In this document: positions 8,909 through 19,169 of the stretch, in pieces
Position numbering within the stretch: position 1 is the first letter of the stretch
Layout: each line of letters starts with the position of its first letter
Source of the DNA: Candidatus Levybacteria bacterium GW2011_GWA1_37_16
Lineage (GTDB): Bacteria; Patescibacteriota; Microgenomatia; Levybacterales; UBA12049
Assembly: GCA_943357985.1 (NCBI GenBank)
Contig: CALRGR010000002.1
Coordinates: 306 to 64,305 of the forward strand
Direction of reading: 5' to 3'
DNA length: 64,000 bases
Notes under the pieces: generated by a model
The model's database searches: none
What the model saw: the letters and a program-made list of their open reading frames with translations, nothing else
Told to the model about the DNA's origin: nothing
Position numbers and translations under genes: made by a program

Positions 8909-11077
8909 TTAAGGTGTTGGCGTTGGAGTAGCTTGATCCGGATGAGCGCAATTTACGCAGTATGTTCCGCCTCCCGGTTCTGTCACTAGGACTGATTCTT
9001 TTTCCTCAACATCTTCTGTCTGTCCAGCCTTTGCGGGTGTATTTGTTTTTTTATCAATGAAAATCTTTTGATTTCCAAGATCAGTCATCTTAGGCTCCGT
9101 TCCTTTTATGAAGTATTCAAATCTTGTAGGACAGCCGCTGTTGCCGGGTAAAAGTCCTGATATTGAGCAAATAGCTTTTTGAACAATATTAAATGATTTT
9201 TGAAACGGTTCAGCAGTCTTTTTTTCCAGCATGTGCGCCATTAAGACGTGCCAAATAGGAGCTGCCCCTGTAATTCCTGATACAAGTCCGCTCATAGGTT
9301 TATTGTCATTATTGCCTACCCAGACAACCACAACGTAAGAAGGCGTATATCCGATTGTCCAGTTATCTCTATAGTCATTTGTTGTTCCTGTTTTTACTGC
9401 AACAGGTAAATTGCCAATTCTAAGTGGAGAGTTTGTTCCAAATGCCATAGCGCGGGCGTCATTATCAGATAAGATGCTTGAAATTATATATGAAACGCCT
9501 TCCGGCAAAGCCTTTTTACCAAATATTGGAGAAGTCAAAGGTTTATATTCTTCCAAGGTTTTTCCCTTACTATCGGTAACTTTAATAATGGGATGTAAGT
9601 CAATTCTGTATCCTCCGTTTGCAAAGACGCCATAAGCTGTTGCCATATCAAGCATGGTAACCTCTCCCCCTCCTAGTGTTAGAGAAAGACCATAGCGGCT
9701 AGGATTTGTGAAAGTTGAAATTCCCATAGCCGAAGCAGTTGAAATCATAGACTGAGTGCCATTTAGCTTAAGCATTTTTACAGCCGGAATATTTATGGAG
9801 TTTGCAAGGGCAAATCTCATTTGGATTACTCCGCGAAATTTTCCATCATAATTTACAGGACAATATGGAGGCTCTCCAATATTCGGATAGCAAATCTTCT
9901 CATCTATAAAAGGCGTTGCTGCCGTGTAATTGTGTATCAAGCCCACAGCGTAGTTAATTGGTTTTATGGAGGAACCTGGCTGTCTGTATGCCAGGGCGAT
10001 ATTCACGTTTCCGTCAATTGTTGGAGAAAAGTAATCCGTACTCCCAACCATAGCTAATATCTCGCCTGTTTTGGGACTTGTTATTACCGCGGCACCATTT
10101 GAAGCGTTATATCTTTTAAGACTTGTAACTTCTGCCGAAACTGAAGCCTGCGCGTACTCTTGAAGTATTAAGTCAAGACTGGTTGTCACTTTAAGTCCGC
10201 CTTCCTCAACTACTTTTTGTCCATATTTTTTAACAAGTAAGTCTTTAACATATAAAACAAAATGTGGAGCTTTAATATTATTTGATAATTTTTGGAAGTT
10301 GAGTTTCTCTTTTAAAGCTTTTTCTTGTTCATCACGGGTTATGTATCCCTGCTCATACATATTTCTAATAACTTCCTCTTGTCTTTGTTTTGCCAATTCC
10401 GGATGTGCTCCAAATGGAGAGTAGGTGGTTGGTGCTTCTGGGAGTCCTGCAAGAAGTGCGCTTTCTGCAATATCTAGTTCTTGTACATGTTTTCCGAAAT
10501 ACATTTGAGATGCTGCTTCAACTCCATAGGCAGTTCCTCCATAGGGAACTTGATTTAGATACATTTCCAGAATCTTGCTTTTGGAGTAAACTGCTTCGGT
10601 TGCAAAAGAAAGTATCACTTCTTTTATTTTTCTTGTTATGGTTCGCTCCGGTGTAAGAAGGCTTGTTTTAACCAATTGTTGAGTTAGCGTTGAACCCCCT
10701 TGAAGCTGTTTTTTAAAAACAATTGAATAAGCCGCCCTTGCAATTCCTTTTATATCTATTGCCCCATGCTGATAAAAACTTCTGTCTTCTATAGCAATTG
10801 TTGCTTTCTGCATATATTTGGGTATTGAGTTCAAAGAAACAAAACTCTGATTTTTGTTGGCATAAATTGCGTAAAGAAGTTTTCCGTTTCTGTCATAAAT
10901 CTGAGTGGATTGGGGAATAGAGGAGCTTGCCAGCCTTGTAGGCGAAGGGATATCTTTAAAAATAAAAAGTAAAAAAGTAGCGGCAAATAGAATACCAAAA
11001 ACTGCAGGAATAGAATATCTTTTTTTTCTTATGAGCCTCTTAAAAACTTTTTTAAGCCCTTTTATATCTAATTTCAT
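8909..11077 (-). CDS. Class A penicillin-binding protein (paralog)
   Basis: EDRSFY, GGSTLTQQL, RKIKE, SSIK, SIN, KTGT motifs. Confidence 0.92.
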   Translation of the reverse strand: MKLDIKGLKKVFKRLIRKKRYSIPAVFGILFAATFLLFIFKDIPSPTRLASSSIPQSTQIYDRNGKLLYAIYANKNQSFVSLNSIPKYMQKATIAIEDRSFYQHGAIDIKGIARAAYSIVFKKQLQGGSTLTQQLVKTSLLTPERTITRKIKEVILSFATEAVYSKSKILEMYLNQVPYGGTAYGVEAASQMYFGKHVQELDIAESALLAGLPEAPTTYSPFGAHPELAKQRQEEVIRNMYEQGYITRDEQEKALKEKLNFQKLSNNIKAPHFVLYVKDLLVKKYGQKVVEEGGLKVTTSLDLILQEYAQASVSAEVTSLKRYNASNGAAVITSPKTGEILAMVGSTDYFSPTIDGNVNIALAYRQPGSSIKPINYAVGLIHNYTAATPFIDEKICYPNIGEPPYCPVNYDGKFRGVIQMRFALANSINIPAVKMLKLNGTQSMISTASAMGISTFTNPSRYGLSLTLGGGEVTMLDMATAYGVFANGGYRIDLHPIIKVTDSKGKTLEEYKPLTSPIFGKKALPEGVSYIISSILSDNDARAMAFGTNSPLRIGNLPVAVKTGTTNDYRDNWTIGYTPSYVVVVWVGNNDNKPMSGLVSGITGAAPIWHVLMAHMLEKKTAEPFQKSFNIVQKAICSISGLLPGNSGCPTRFEYFIKGTEPKMTDLGNQKIFIDKKTNTPAKAGQTEDVEEKESVLVTEPGGGTYCVNCAHPDQATPTPTP

Positions 11078-11100
11078 ACTTCGGCAAGCTCAGCACAAGT
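11078..11100 (+). repeat. CTTCG..GCTCAG palindromic repeat, intergenic copy
   Basis: acttcggcaagctcagcacaagt; its 21-nt core is identical to the copy inside nrdJ (27374-27394). Confidence 0.8.
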
Positions 11101-11164
11101 ATCCTAATGATATCATTGAACCATTCCTATGACAATGATACTGTAAGTTTTATATAATAAAACC

Positions 11165-12187
11165 ATGAACGCTTTTGAATTACTTCTTTCAATCATAAAA
11201 TCGACTACTTCTCAATATAACTGGGTTGATATTTTAATTATCTTTATTTTTGCTTTTTATATTATTGAGGGCTACGCCGTAGGTTTTATAAATGGAGTCA
11301 TAGATTTTTTGAGTTTTTTTCTTTCATTTATTGTAGCGATAAAATACTATGCAATTGTTGCTGCATTTTTGGTAAAAGTTTTTTCTTTGTCTATTGGTTT
11401 TTCCAACGCTTTGGGCTTTATGCTGGCAGCATTTATAAGCGAGATTATAATAGCCTTTATCTTTAAAAAATTTGTAGTTTCATCATTTTCAAAAAATATA
11501 TTATCAAGACTTGAGTTTGTTAGAATAAATAATTTCTTAGGTATTGTTCCGGGTTTTTTATCAAGTCTTATTTTAATTACATTCTTTTTAACGCTTATTG
11601 TCTCTCTTCCACTTTCTCCAACACTTAAAGATAATATTTTTTCCTCAAAAATAGGAAGCTTTCTAACCTCAAATAGTCAGGGTTTTGAAAAAAATCTCAA
11701 TAATGTTTTTGGTGGAGCTGTCTCGGACACTTTAAACTTTATAACAGTAGAGCCTAAAAGTGATGAATCTGTAAATCTTCACTTTACAACAAATAAATTT
11801 TCTACTGATTACAAAACGGAACAGGAAATGCTTGCGCTTCTAAACCAAGAAAGAGAAAAAAAAGGGTTTCCTAAACTAACTTTTAGTAACGACCTTGCGC
11901 AGGTAGGCAGAGAACATTGTGAAAATATGTTTGAAAGAGGATATTTTTCTCATTTTACTCCAGAGGGACTTTCCACTTTTGATAGAATGGATAAGGCAGG
12001 AATCTCTTACTCTTATGCGGGAGAAAACCTAGCTCTTGCGCCAAATGTAGCAATTGCAATGCAGGGACTTATGCAAAGCCTGGGACATAAAGCAAATATT
12101 TTGTCACCAAATTTTGGCCAAGTTGGAATTGGAGTCATTGACGGGGAAATATATGGAGAAATGTTTTGTCAGGAGTTCACAGATTAG
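11165..12187 (+). CDS. CvpA-family membrane domain fused to CAP (SCP) domain
   Basis: NWVDILII...GFI N-terminal TMs; LNQER...H..M...YFSH...GENLA...SLGHKANIL. Confidence 0.85.
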   Translation: MNAFELLLSIIKSTTSQYNWVDILIIFIFAFYIIEGYAVGFINGVIDFLSFFLSFIVAIKYYAIVAAFLVKVFSLSIGFSNALGFMLAAFISEIIIAFIFKKFVVSSFSKNILSRLEFVRINNFLGIVPGFLSSLILITFFLTLIVSLPLSPTLKDNIFSSKIGSFLTSNSQGFEKNLNNVFGGAVSDTLNFITVEPKSDESVNLHFTTNKFSTDYKTEQEMLALLNQEREKKGFPKLTFSNDLAQVGREHCENMFERGYFSHFTPEGLSTFDRMDKAGISYSYAGENLALAPNVAIAMQGLMQSLGHKANILSPNFGQVGIGVIDGEIYGEMFCQEFTD

Positions 12188-12237
12188 CGTTTAGAGAATA
12201 CCTGCCTGCCGGCAGGCAGTGCGTATAGCGTTTAGTT

Positions 12238-13287
12238 ATGAAATTACCAAATATTAAAAATGCTCAAGTTTCCGGGAAAAAAGTCTTTCTTAGGGCAGAC
12301 TTGGATGTTCCGGTTGTCAATGAAAAAGTAATGGATGAGGCAAGGCTTAGAGCTTGGTTTCCGACTCTTCATTATCTTCTAAATAATAGGGCAAAGGTAA
12401 TTCTTGCCGGACATTTGGGAAGGCCAAAAGGAATAGCTAATAAAGAATTTAGTTTGGAGCCGGTTGCAAAATGGCTCGGAGTACAGACAAAGTTAAAAGC
12501 CAAGATGGCCGAGCTCGATGATTTTCCGGGATGGAAATTTGCAGATAACTTATTTTTGCTTGAAAACTTAAGATTTTATAAAGAGGAAGAGGATCCTTTG
12601 GTTAGTTCAGGACAAGTTTTTGCAAAGAGGTTGGCAGGCCTTGCCGATATTTACGTAAATGATGCTTTCGCCGTGTCTCATAGAAACCAGGCATCTGTCT
12701 CTGGTATTCCAAAATACTTGCCTCATTTTGCCGGATTTAGACTTGAAGAAGAAGTTAAAATTTTATCCGAGCTCATGAAAGATCCAAAAAGACCCTTGGT
12801 TGTCATAGTAGGGGGCGCAAAAATAGAAACAAAACTTCCTTTAATTGATAAAATGCATGATTTTGCAGACTATGTTTTGGTGGGAGGAAAACTTGTCACA
12901 GAAGCCACAACTCTTATGAAGCTTCAGCACGAAAAGCAGGATAAAATTCGCTCTGCGCTTTTAGTCTCTGAGATGCAGGATTCAGGTATGGATATTACTC
13001 CTGAGAGTACAGAAAACTTTCTGCAGATTATAAAACTTGCTAAAACCGTTGTTTGGAATGGCCCGGTAGGCAAAGTTGAAGATTCAAAGTTTTCTGAGCA
13101 GTCCAGAAGGCTAGCTAAGGGAATTATTAAAAGTGGTGCCTATACTGTTGTAGGTGGAGGAGATACTATCGCATTTTTAGATAAAGAAAAACTTCTTGAT
13201 AAATTTTCTTTTTATTCAATAGGTGGGGGAGCAATGCTTGCGTTTCTCTCCGGAGATAAGCTTCCAGGCCTCGAAGCCCTCAGTTAA
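12238..13287 (+). CDS. pgk: Phosphoglycerate kinase
   Basis: RADLDVP, GHLGRP, LLENLRF, YVNDAF..SHR, WNGP, GGGDT, SIGGGA. Confidence 0.93.
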   Translation: MKLPNIKNAQVSGKKVFLRADLDVPVVNEKVMDEARLRAWFPTLHYLLNNRAKVILAGHLGRPKGIANKEFSLEPVAKWLGVQTKLKAKMAELDDFPGWKFADNLFLLENLRFYKEEEDPLVSSGQVFAKRLAGLADIYVNDAFAVSHRNQASVSGIPKYLPHFAGFRLEEEVKILSELMKDPKRPLVVIVGGAKIETKLPLIDKMHDFADYVLVGGKLVTEATTLMKLQHEKQDKIRSALLVSEMQDSGMDITPESTENFLQIIKLAKTVVWNGPVGKVEDSKFSEQSRRLAKGIIKSGAYTVVGGGDTIAFLDKEKLLDKFSFYSIGGGAMLAFLSGDKLPGLEALS

Positions 13288-13288
13288 T

Positions 13289-13525
13289 CTATTTTTGCTT
13301 ATGTCTTTGGTATGCGAGAGTAAGCCATAATGCTGTTGTAACAAAAGTTGATACTGCACTCATCCAAAGCTGTAGGCTTAAATAAGTCAGGGCAAATATA
13401 AAAAGAACAGTTCCTGTCATGAAACTTGTTGAGAATTCAGGTTTTTGTTTTCCGCGAACCGTGGGGATTAAAGCGATTACGAATATCCAAGTACCTATAG
13501 AGAGAACCAAATCCTGCCAAGGCAT
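13289..13525 (-). CDS. Small three-TM membrane protein (possibly PQ-loop/SemiSWEET-like)
   Basis: 78 aa hydrophobic ORF; -10 box just upstream. Confidence 0.55.
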   Translation of the reverse strand: MPWQDLVLSIGTWIFVIALIPTVRGKQKPEFSTSFMTGTVLFIFALTYLSLQLWMSAVSTFVTTALWLTLAYQRHKQK

Positions 13526-13546
13526 AAATAAATTATAGCAGAAGTT

Positions 13547-15196
13547 TTACCAGTTTGTGCGGATGTGAGACATCGCGTAATCTAAGCTTCCACCAACTTT
13601 TTTCCTTGGATTGAATATGTTTTGTGGATCAAAAATCTTTTTAGTTTCGGCAAAAAGATCAGTTATTTTTTTGCCGTACATCTTTTCAAGATAGGGAGTT
13701 CTTATAAGCCCATCATTATGTTCTCCAGTTATCGAGCCTCCATGTTTTATTACAATGTCGTAAACTTGGTCAGCAATAACAGGAATTGCATCCCTTACTT
13801 TCTTGTCTTGAATATCAACAAGCGGAATAATGTGGAAGTTTCCATTTCCAATGTGTCCTGCAATGGTAAAAATAAAACCCTTGTATTTTTTTATAATATT
13901 TACTATCTGGGGCAAAACTTCCGCGGCATCTGCCGGGTTTAGCACAAAGTCATCAATAAAAGGTGCAGTGTGCATGTTTGTTACGTGCTGTCTTAGTAGG
14001 TTGAAACTTTCCCTGCGGATTGTCCAGTATTTTTGTTCCTCTTTGTCAATTGCAATGCTGGTTTTTAGCTTCAATGGTTTTAATTTTTCGGCAAGTTTAT
14101 CAATTTTGTTTGCAAGCTCATCTGGATCATCTCCTGTAAAATCAACCTGCAGGATTAATTTCGGCAGTCCCCCAAATGCGAGCATAAAAAACTCGGGTAA
14201 AAAGTAAAAAGCAGTTTGTAATATCCCTTTTGTTCCAAGAAGTTTTGCAAAAGCAGGGAAAAATTTAAGAGCAAGCTTAAGAGTATTGTCATCATATGAT
14301 TCAAAGCTTTCAGGTTTAAGAGGTAGAACGGCATCTATAACTTCATTTAAATGAGAGTAATCTTTAAGGAATATAATCATCATTTCGCTGTGCTTGTGAA
14401 CCGGTACAAGTTCTATATCAGCTTCCAAAAGCATTCCCAGAGTTCCCTGTGAGCCTACCCAGAGTTTGCTCAAGTCAAAAATTCCATTTTCTTTATCCCA
14501 AACATTCCATAAGAAATATCCGGCGGAGTTTTTAGAAACCTGAGGCTTGGAATCAGTTAATAGTTTGTAGTTAGTAGTTATTAGTTGAAACATTTTTCTG
14601 TAGATTTCTCCCTCGAGGTTTTTTAATTCCATTTTCTTTTTAAGTTCAGCTTCGGTCACTTGTTTAAATTCACAGATGCTTCCGTCAGACAAAACTACTT
14701 TCACTCTTTTTACGTAACGTTCAGTTTTTCCATATTGCAGGGATTTTTCTCCACCTGCATTATTATTTATAATTCCTCCTATTGCGCAAATTTCCCGTGA
14801 TGCAGGGTAGGAGGGGAAGATTAAGTTGCTTTTTAAAGTTTCCTTTTCAAAATCTCTGTAGTAAACTCCAGGCTCTGTTGTGGCTATGATTCCATTAATT
14901 GTTGGTAACTTATTAAACCTTTCAAAGGAAATTATGATGGAATCGTTAATTGGTCCACCGCTCATATCAGTTCCTGCACAGCGTGCAGTTAAGGAAAGAT
15001 TTGGATAGTCTTTCTTATTTTCAGAAACAAATTTAACAAGATTTTCAATCTCTTTTTCAGTTTTTGGATAAACAATTACTTGAGGTTTTACTTCAAATAG
15101 GGAAGCATCATGGGAAAACTCATCCAAAGCTTGCTCATCTGTTGATATGTCTCCTTTGAATGATTTTTTAAATTCATTTAAAAGCTTTGGATTCAT
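13547..15196 (-). CDS. FAD-binding oxidoreductase (GlcD/D-lactate dehydrogenase family)
   Basis: RCAGTDMSGG, GSQGTLG, GHIGNGNFH, GEHNDG, FDPQNIFNP. Confidence 0.88.
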   Translation of the reverse strand: MNPKLLNEFKKSFKGDISTDEQALDEFSHDASLFEVKPQVIVYPKTEKEIENLVKFVSENKKDYPNLSLTARCAGTDMSGGPINDSIIISFERFNKLPTINGIIATTEPGVYYRDFEKETLKSNLIFPSYPASREICAIGGIINNNAGGEKSLQYGKTERYVKRVKVVLSDGSICEFKQVTEAELKKKMELKNLEGEIYRKMFQLITTNYKLLTDSKPQVSKNSAGYFLWNVWDKENGIFDLSKLWVGSQGTLGMLLEADIELVPVHKHSEMMIIFLKDYSHLNEVIDAVLPLKPESFESYDDNTLKLALKFFPAFAKLLGTKGILQTAFYFLPEFFMLAFGGLPKLILQVDFTGDDPDELANKIDKLAEKLKPLKLKTSIAIDKEEQKYWTIRRESFNLLRQHVTNMHTAPFIDDFVLNPADAAEVLPQIVNIIKKYKGFIFTIAGHIGNGNFHIIPLVDIQDKKVRDAIPVIADQVYDIVIKHGGSITGEHNDGLIRTPYLEKMYGKKITDLFAETKKIFDPQNIFNPRKKVGGSLDYAMSHIRTNW

Positions 15197-15298
15197 AATT
15201 TCAAATTTCTAATTTCTAATTTCTAATCAAATCCAAATGTTTTAAAATTTAAATATTAAAAATTGAATAAAAATTAAGAATTAAAAATTTCAAATTAG
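15197..15298. repeat. Degenerate 7-bp tandem array (AATTTCT-like), with roughly inverted arms
   Basis: aatttca aatttct aatttct aatttct aat... then aaattga/aaattaa units. Confidence 0.65.
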
Positions 15299-15299
15299 G

Positions 15300-16289
15300 T
15301 TATTTTCTTGAAATAACCTTCTTTACGGCTTCTTTGATTGAGTTTTTGCCCATTCCATATTTTTCAATTAATTCGTCAGGTTTTCCGCTTTCGGCAAATG
15401 TATCTTGCAAGCCTATAAATTCTATTGGAGCAGGCATATTCTTAGCTAAAATTTCTGCGATAAGTCCTCCAAGTCCTCCGGCAACTTGATGATCTTCAAC
15501 GGTAACCACAGCACCCGTTTCTTTTACGGCAGAGAGAATTCCTTTTTCATCTGCAGGTTTTATGGTTGCAACATTTAAAACAAGCGTTTTTATGCCTTCT
15601 TCTTCCAGTTCTTTTGCAGCAAGTAGCGCGTGATAGAGGATATATCCGGTTGCAAAAATTGAAACCTGTGGAGACTCGCTTGTCCAAAAAGTTTGCACTT
15701 TCCCAGACTCAAATGGAGTTTCCTCAGTTGTAATTATTGGGCTTTTATCACGGCTATACCTTAAATAGACAGGTCCTTTAATCCTTCCAGCCTCTATAGT
15801 TGTTTTTTTTGCTTCGACAGCATCACATGGAACAAATACTATTATTCCGGGCCATGGGCGGGTTATAGCAATATCTTCTGTTGCCTGGTGAGTTGCACCG
15901 TCCGGTCCTGTCATAATTCCAGCGTGATGACCTGCAATTTTTACATTTGCTTGATTGTAAATAATAGTGGTTCTTATTGTTTCCCAGTTTTTTCCAGGGG
16001 AAAAAGTTGCATAAGAGGAAATAAATGGAATTTTTCCGCCTTCCGAAAGTCCTGCTGCAATTGCAGCCATGTTTTGTTCTGCTACTCCGCATTCAAAAAA
16101 TCTTTCTGGAAACTTTTTTGCAAAACCATCAGTTCTTGTTGACTCGGATAAATCTCCAGTTAGCACAACTACATCTTTATTTGCTTCTCCGAGTTCCACA
16201 AGCGCCTTTCCAAAGCCGTCCCTTGTTGCTTTTTTTTCTACATCCTGATCAAATATTTTAGGACTTAAGTTTAAATGTGGATTTAACAT
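15300..16289 (-). CDS. Transketolase, C-terminal subunit
   Basis: GVAEQNM, GPDGATHQ, GPVYLR, VEDHQVAGGLG. Confidence 0.9.
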   Translation of the reverse strand: MLNPHLNLSPKIFDQDVEKKATRDGFGKALVELGEANKDVVVLTGDLSESTRTDGFAKKFPERFFECGVAEQNMAAIAAGLSEGGKIPFISSYATFSPGKNWETIRTTIIYNQANVKIAGHHAGIMTGPDGATHQATEDIAITRPWPGIIVFVPCDAVEAKKTTIEAGRIKGPVYLRYSRDKSPIITTEETPFESGKVQTFWTSESPQVSIFATGYILYHALLAAKELEEEGIKTLVLNVATIKPADEKGILSAVKETGAVVTVEDHQVAGGLGGLIAEILAKNMPAPIEFIGLQDTFAESGKPDELIEKYGMGKNSIKEAVKKVISRK

Positions 16290-16299
16290 ATTCTAGTTG

Positions 16300-17142
16300 C
16301 TAGCCACTAGTCGCTAGTTGCTTCAGTTCTGTCATTGCTTTTTCTGCTTCTTCTTTTGTCGGCGGTTTGCCATGCCATGTATAATCATTTTCCATAAAAC
16401 TTACTCCTTTGCCTGGGACAGTATTGGTCAGAATGAAAACCGGCTTATCAATTATCTTTTTGGCTTCTTCTACAGCCTCAATAAAAGCTTTGATATCATT
16501 TCCGTCAACTTCAACTACATGCCAATTAAAAGCTTCATACTTTTCTTTTAATGGTTCAAGCGGCATTATGTTTTCCGTATTTCCGTCAATTTGAATGTTA
16601 TTTCTATCTATTACATTGATGATGTTAACTTTATATTTGCCCGCAAACATTATTGCTTCCCATGTATTTCCTTCCTGATGTTCTCCGTCTGAGGTTATGC
16701 AATAAACTTGAAATTTCTTGCCATCCAATTTTGCAGCCAAGGCAATACCAATTGCTTGAGAAAGTCCCTCTCCTAGCGGTCCGGATGTTGTCTCAAGACC
16801 GGGTAGGGAAGCGGCATGGGGATGTCCCTGTAGCCTTGAGTTAATTTTTCGCAAGGTCTTTAGTTCCTCAATAGGAAAATATCCTGCAAGCGCCATTGTG
16901 GCATAGCGGACAGGGACAATATGGCCATTTGAAAGAATAAGTCTGTCTCTGTCTGGCATATCCGGATTTTTAGGATCGTGGTTTAGTATATGAAAGTAAA
17001 AAGCGGTAAAAATATCTGCCATCCCCAAAGGCCCTGCCGAGTGGCCGCTTCCTGCCTCAACAAGCATTTCAATAATAAGCTGCCTTATCTTATTTGCCTT
17101 AACTTCTAAATCTTTTAATTTTTCTTCGCTTAACTCTCCCAC
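16300..17142 (-). CDS. Transketolase, N-terminal subunit
   Basis: SGHSAG, DRLILSNGH, LQGHP, SDGEHQEG TPP motif, GKG. Confidence 0.9.
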   Translation of the reverse strand: MGELSEEKLKDLEVKANKIRQLIIEMLVEAGSGHSAGPLGMADIFTAFYFHILNHDPKNPDMPDRDRLILSNGHIVPVRYATMALAGYFPIEELKTLRKINSRLQGHPHAASLPGLETTSGPLGEGLSQAIGIALAAKLDGKKFQVYCITSDGEHQEGNTWEAIMFAGKYKVNIINVIDRNNIQIDGNTENIMPLEPLKEKYEAFNWHVVEVDGNDIKAFIEAVEEAKKIIDKPVFILTNTVPGKGVSFMENDYTWHGKPPTKEEAEKAMTELKQLATSG

Positions 17143-17196
17143 AACTCTATCTTATCAAATTTGTAAAGAGTATTAATATAGTAGTATGCTAATACT

Positions 17197-17613
17197 ATGC
17201 CAGAAGGTAATAGTGTCCCTGAAATAAATAATCCATCTCCCGTTATTCAGAAAGAAGTATCAGCTAATGAAGGTCAAGCCTTAAGGTCTGAATATGTAGC
17301 TACTATTATTAGTAGAAAAAAATGGCTGCAATTTCCTCAAACTGGTGTTTCCACAGATGAAAGAGGCTCTAGGACAGTACCAACAGTAGCAGCGGATCTT
17401 GTTGCTGCAGATAATGCAAGGCTTGAAGCTCTAAGAACTCAACTAATTGCTGATGGTATTTCTATTCCAAGCGAATTACAAGTCCAAATCGCCGAATTAC
17501 GTGAAAAGATTACACATCTGCCTGACGGTTCGGTTGTAAATAACGATTACAATAGAGAAATAGCCGATCAAATCAAACAATTAGAAGCCCAAGACTCTAC
17601 GCAAAGCGACTAG
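17197..17613 (+). CDS. Hypothetical protein
   Basis: 138 aa ORF with -10-like box upstream; no recognised motif. Confidence 0.5.
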   Translation: MPEGNSVPEINNPSPVIQKEVSANEGQALRSEYVATIISRKKWLQFPQTGVSTDERGSRTVPTVAADLVAADNARLEALRTQLIADGISIPSELQVQIAELREKITHLPDGSVVNNDYNREIADQIKQLEAQDSTQSD

Positions 17614-18881
17614 TATTTATAGACCACTATTAGGTCGGAGACGTTGCTGGGGAGGCGGCCGGTCAATATCGTATCGCCTGTTTTTTCAAAAAATTCAAGA
17701 GTATTATTATCTTTTAAATACTGTCTAATATCTAAATTTTGAGTTTTAGCCGCTGCTGCGGTTTGCAAATCTCCAATTGCTCCTGCCGCGCTGCAATTGT
17801 CCCAACCGTCTGAGTCAAAAGATGCAATAGTTACGTCCCCTTTTAGGTAGCGAAGAGAGTTAAGAACGACTTCAAGATTTCTTCCGCCAATTCCATTTCC
17901 GCTTACTCTAAGTGTTGTTTCGCCCCCTATTAAAAGTATTTCTGCCTTTTGAGTCTCTGTTATTAATTGCTGCCCGACTTCTCTTGCGTCTCCTTGAAAT
18001 TTATCGGAGAGAATTCTGGCATTTACTCCTAATTCCTTTGCTTTATTTGTCATGGCCTTAAGTGCGGTTTGGTTAGAAAGCATTAAAAAAGTAGTAACAT
18101 TTTCAAAATATTTGTCTTCTTTTGGCGGCTCCACTAATTTATCTACAATATTTGTGTCGATGCCGTATTTATCAATAATACTTTTTGCATCTGCAATAGT
18201 TGATCTGTCTTTGGTTATAGGACCGGACGCGATAACATATAGATCATTTCCTGGAACATCAGAAAATATGAGACCTACAATATGGGCAGGATATAGTTCT
18301 TTTGCAAGCCCGCCGCCTTTGACTTTGGATAAATGTTTTCTTAAAACATTCATCTCCTCAATTGTCGCGCCGGATTTCAAAAGCTGCTTATTTACTTCAA
18401 TCTTCTGTTCCAGAGTTATGCCCTCCTGAGGAGAAACAAGCATCGCAGAGCCGCCCCCGCAGACAACGATAATTACTAAATCTTTTTCTGAGAGGCCGCC
18501 TAGGTTTTGCAAAACATTTTGAGTAAAATCAAGATTTGCCTGAGACGGTAGGGGATGGGTGCCAATCGTCTCTTTGATTTTTGTGAAGTTTTCCTGCACG
18601 CCATCTATTACAAAACCATCTGTCAATTTATCTCCCAGTAAATTTTCAATAATTTTTGATATTCTGGCAGAGCCTTTGCCAATTCCAAGTAAAAATACCT
18701 TCTCAAACTCGCCTAAATTAAAATTGTTATCCATAATCCTTAAAATCCCATCCGTAAACTTCAAATTTTGAGCCAAAATTTTCTCCGGTTGAATTGAGGT
18801 GAGACATTCTTCAATAATATCCAATACTATTTTTCTCTGAGGAGTTTTGCATAGCTGCTCGAAGTTTTTAATGAGTGTCAT
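17610..18881 (-). CDS. Glycerate 2-kinase (MOFRL/TtuD family)
   Basis: GIGKG, THPLP, GGGSAM, RKHLSKVKGGGLA, SDVPG, GGETT, GGRN. Start reassigned to MTLIKN (18881) because the ORF-track extension runs through a hairpin element. Confidence 0.88.
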   Translation of the reverse strand: MTLIKNFEQLCKTPQRKIVLDIIEECLTSIQPEKILAQNLKFTDGILRIMDNNFNLGEFEKVFLLGIGKGSARISKIIENLLGDKLTDGFVIDGVQENFTKIKETIGTHPLPSQANLDFTQNVLQNLGGLSEKDLVIIVVCGGGSAMLVSPQEGITLEQKIEVNKQLLKSGATIEEMNVLRKHLSKVKGGGLAKELYPAHIVGLIFSDVPGNDLYVIASGPITKDRSTIADAKSIIDKYGIDTNIVDKLVEPPKEDKYFENVTTFLMLSNQTALKAMTNKAKELGVNARILSDKFQGDAREVGQQLITETQKAEILLIGGETTLRVSGNGIGGRNLEVVLNSLRYLKGDVTIASFDSDGWDNCSAAGAIGDLQTAAAAKTQNLDIRQYLKDNNTLEFFEKTGDTILTGRLPSNVSDLIVVYKY

Positions 18882-18944
18882 GACTACTATACATAGTAGC
18901 ACAATCATTTTCTTTCTTCTTTTGTGTCGGCAAAACCATTTCTT

Positions 18945-19103
18945 GTACTTTCGTTCCGGCGAAAGTACGCAAAGCCTCTCGCCAAGTCTAGCCCCGTGCT
19001 TTCTAAATCTCACTCATTCACTAAAAACGACGGACTTCGCCTTGCCCGTTTTTAGGGCGTTCATTTCATTCAATTTCTCATGCACTACGCTTCGAGTTGG
19101 CGA
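18945..19103. other. Nested inverted-repeat element (MITE-like or structured RNA)
   Basis: gtactttcg/cgaaagtac 9-bp hairpin; tcgccaa/ttggcga outer stem; ctaaaaacg/cgtttttag inner stem. Confidence 0.5.
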
Positions 19104-19169
19104 TTTATGGATTCAACTATACGCTAAACGCTATTTTCTATACGCTAGTTGCTGTGTTATACTTTTCCT

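Noticed and set aside
18882-19013. N-terminal ORF-track extensions (glycerate kinase; also 32757, 35657, 36365, 36783, 60808)
   Set aside because: They run through tRNAs, repeats or opposite-strand genes; downstream starts fit family N-termini and -10 spacing better.
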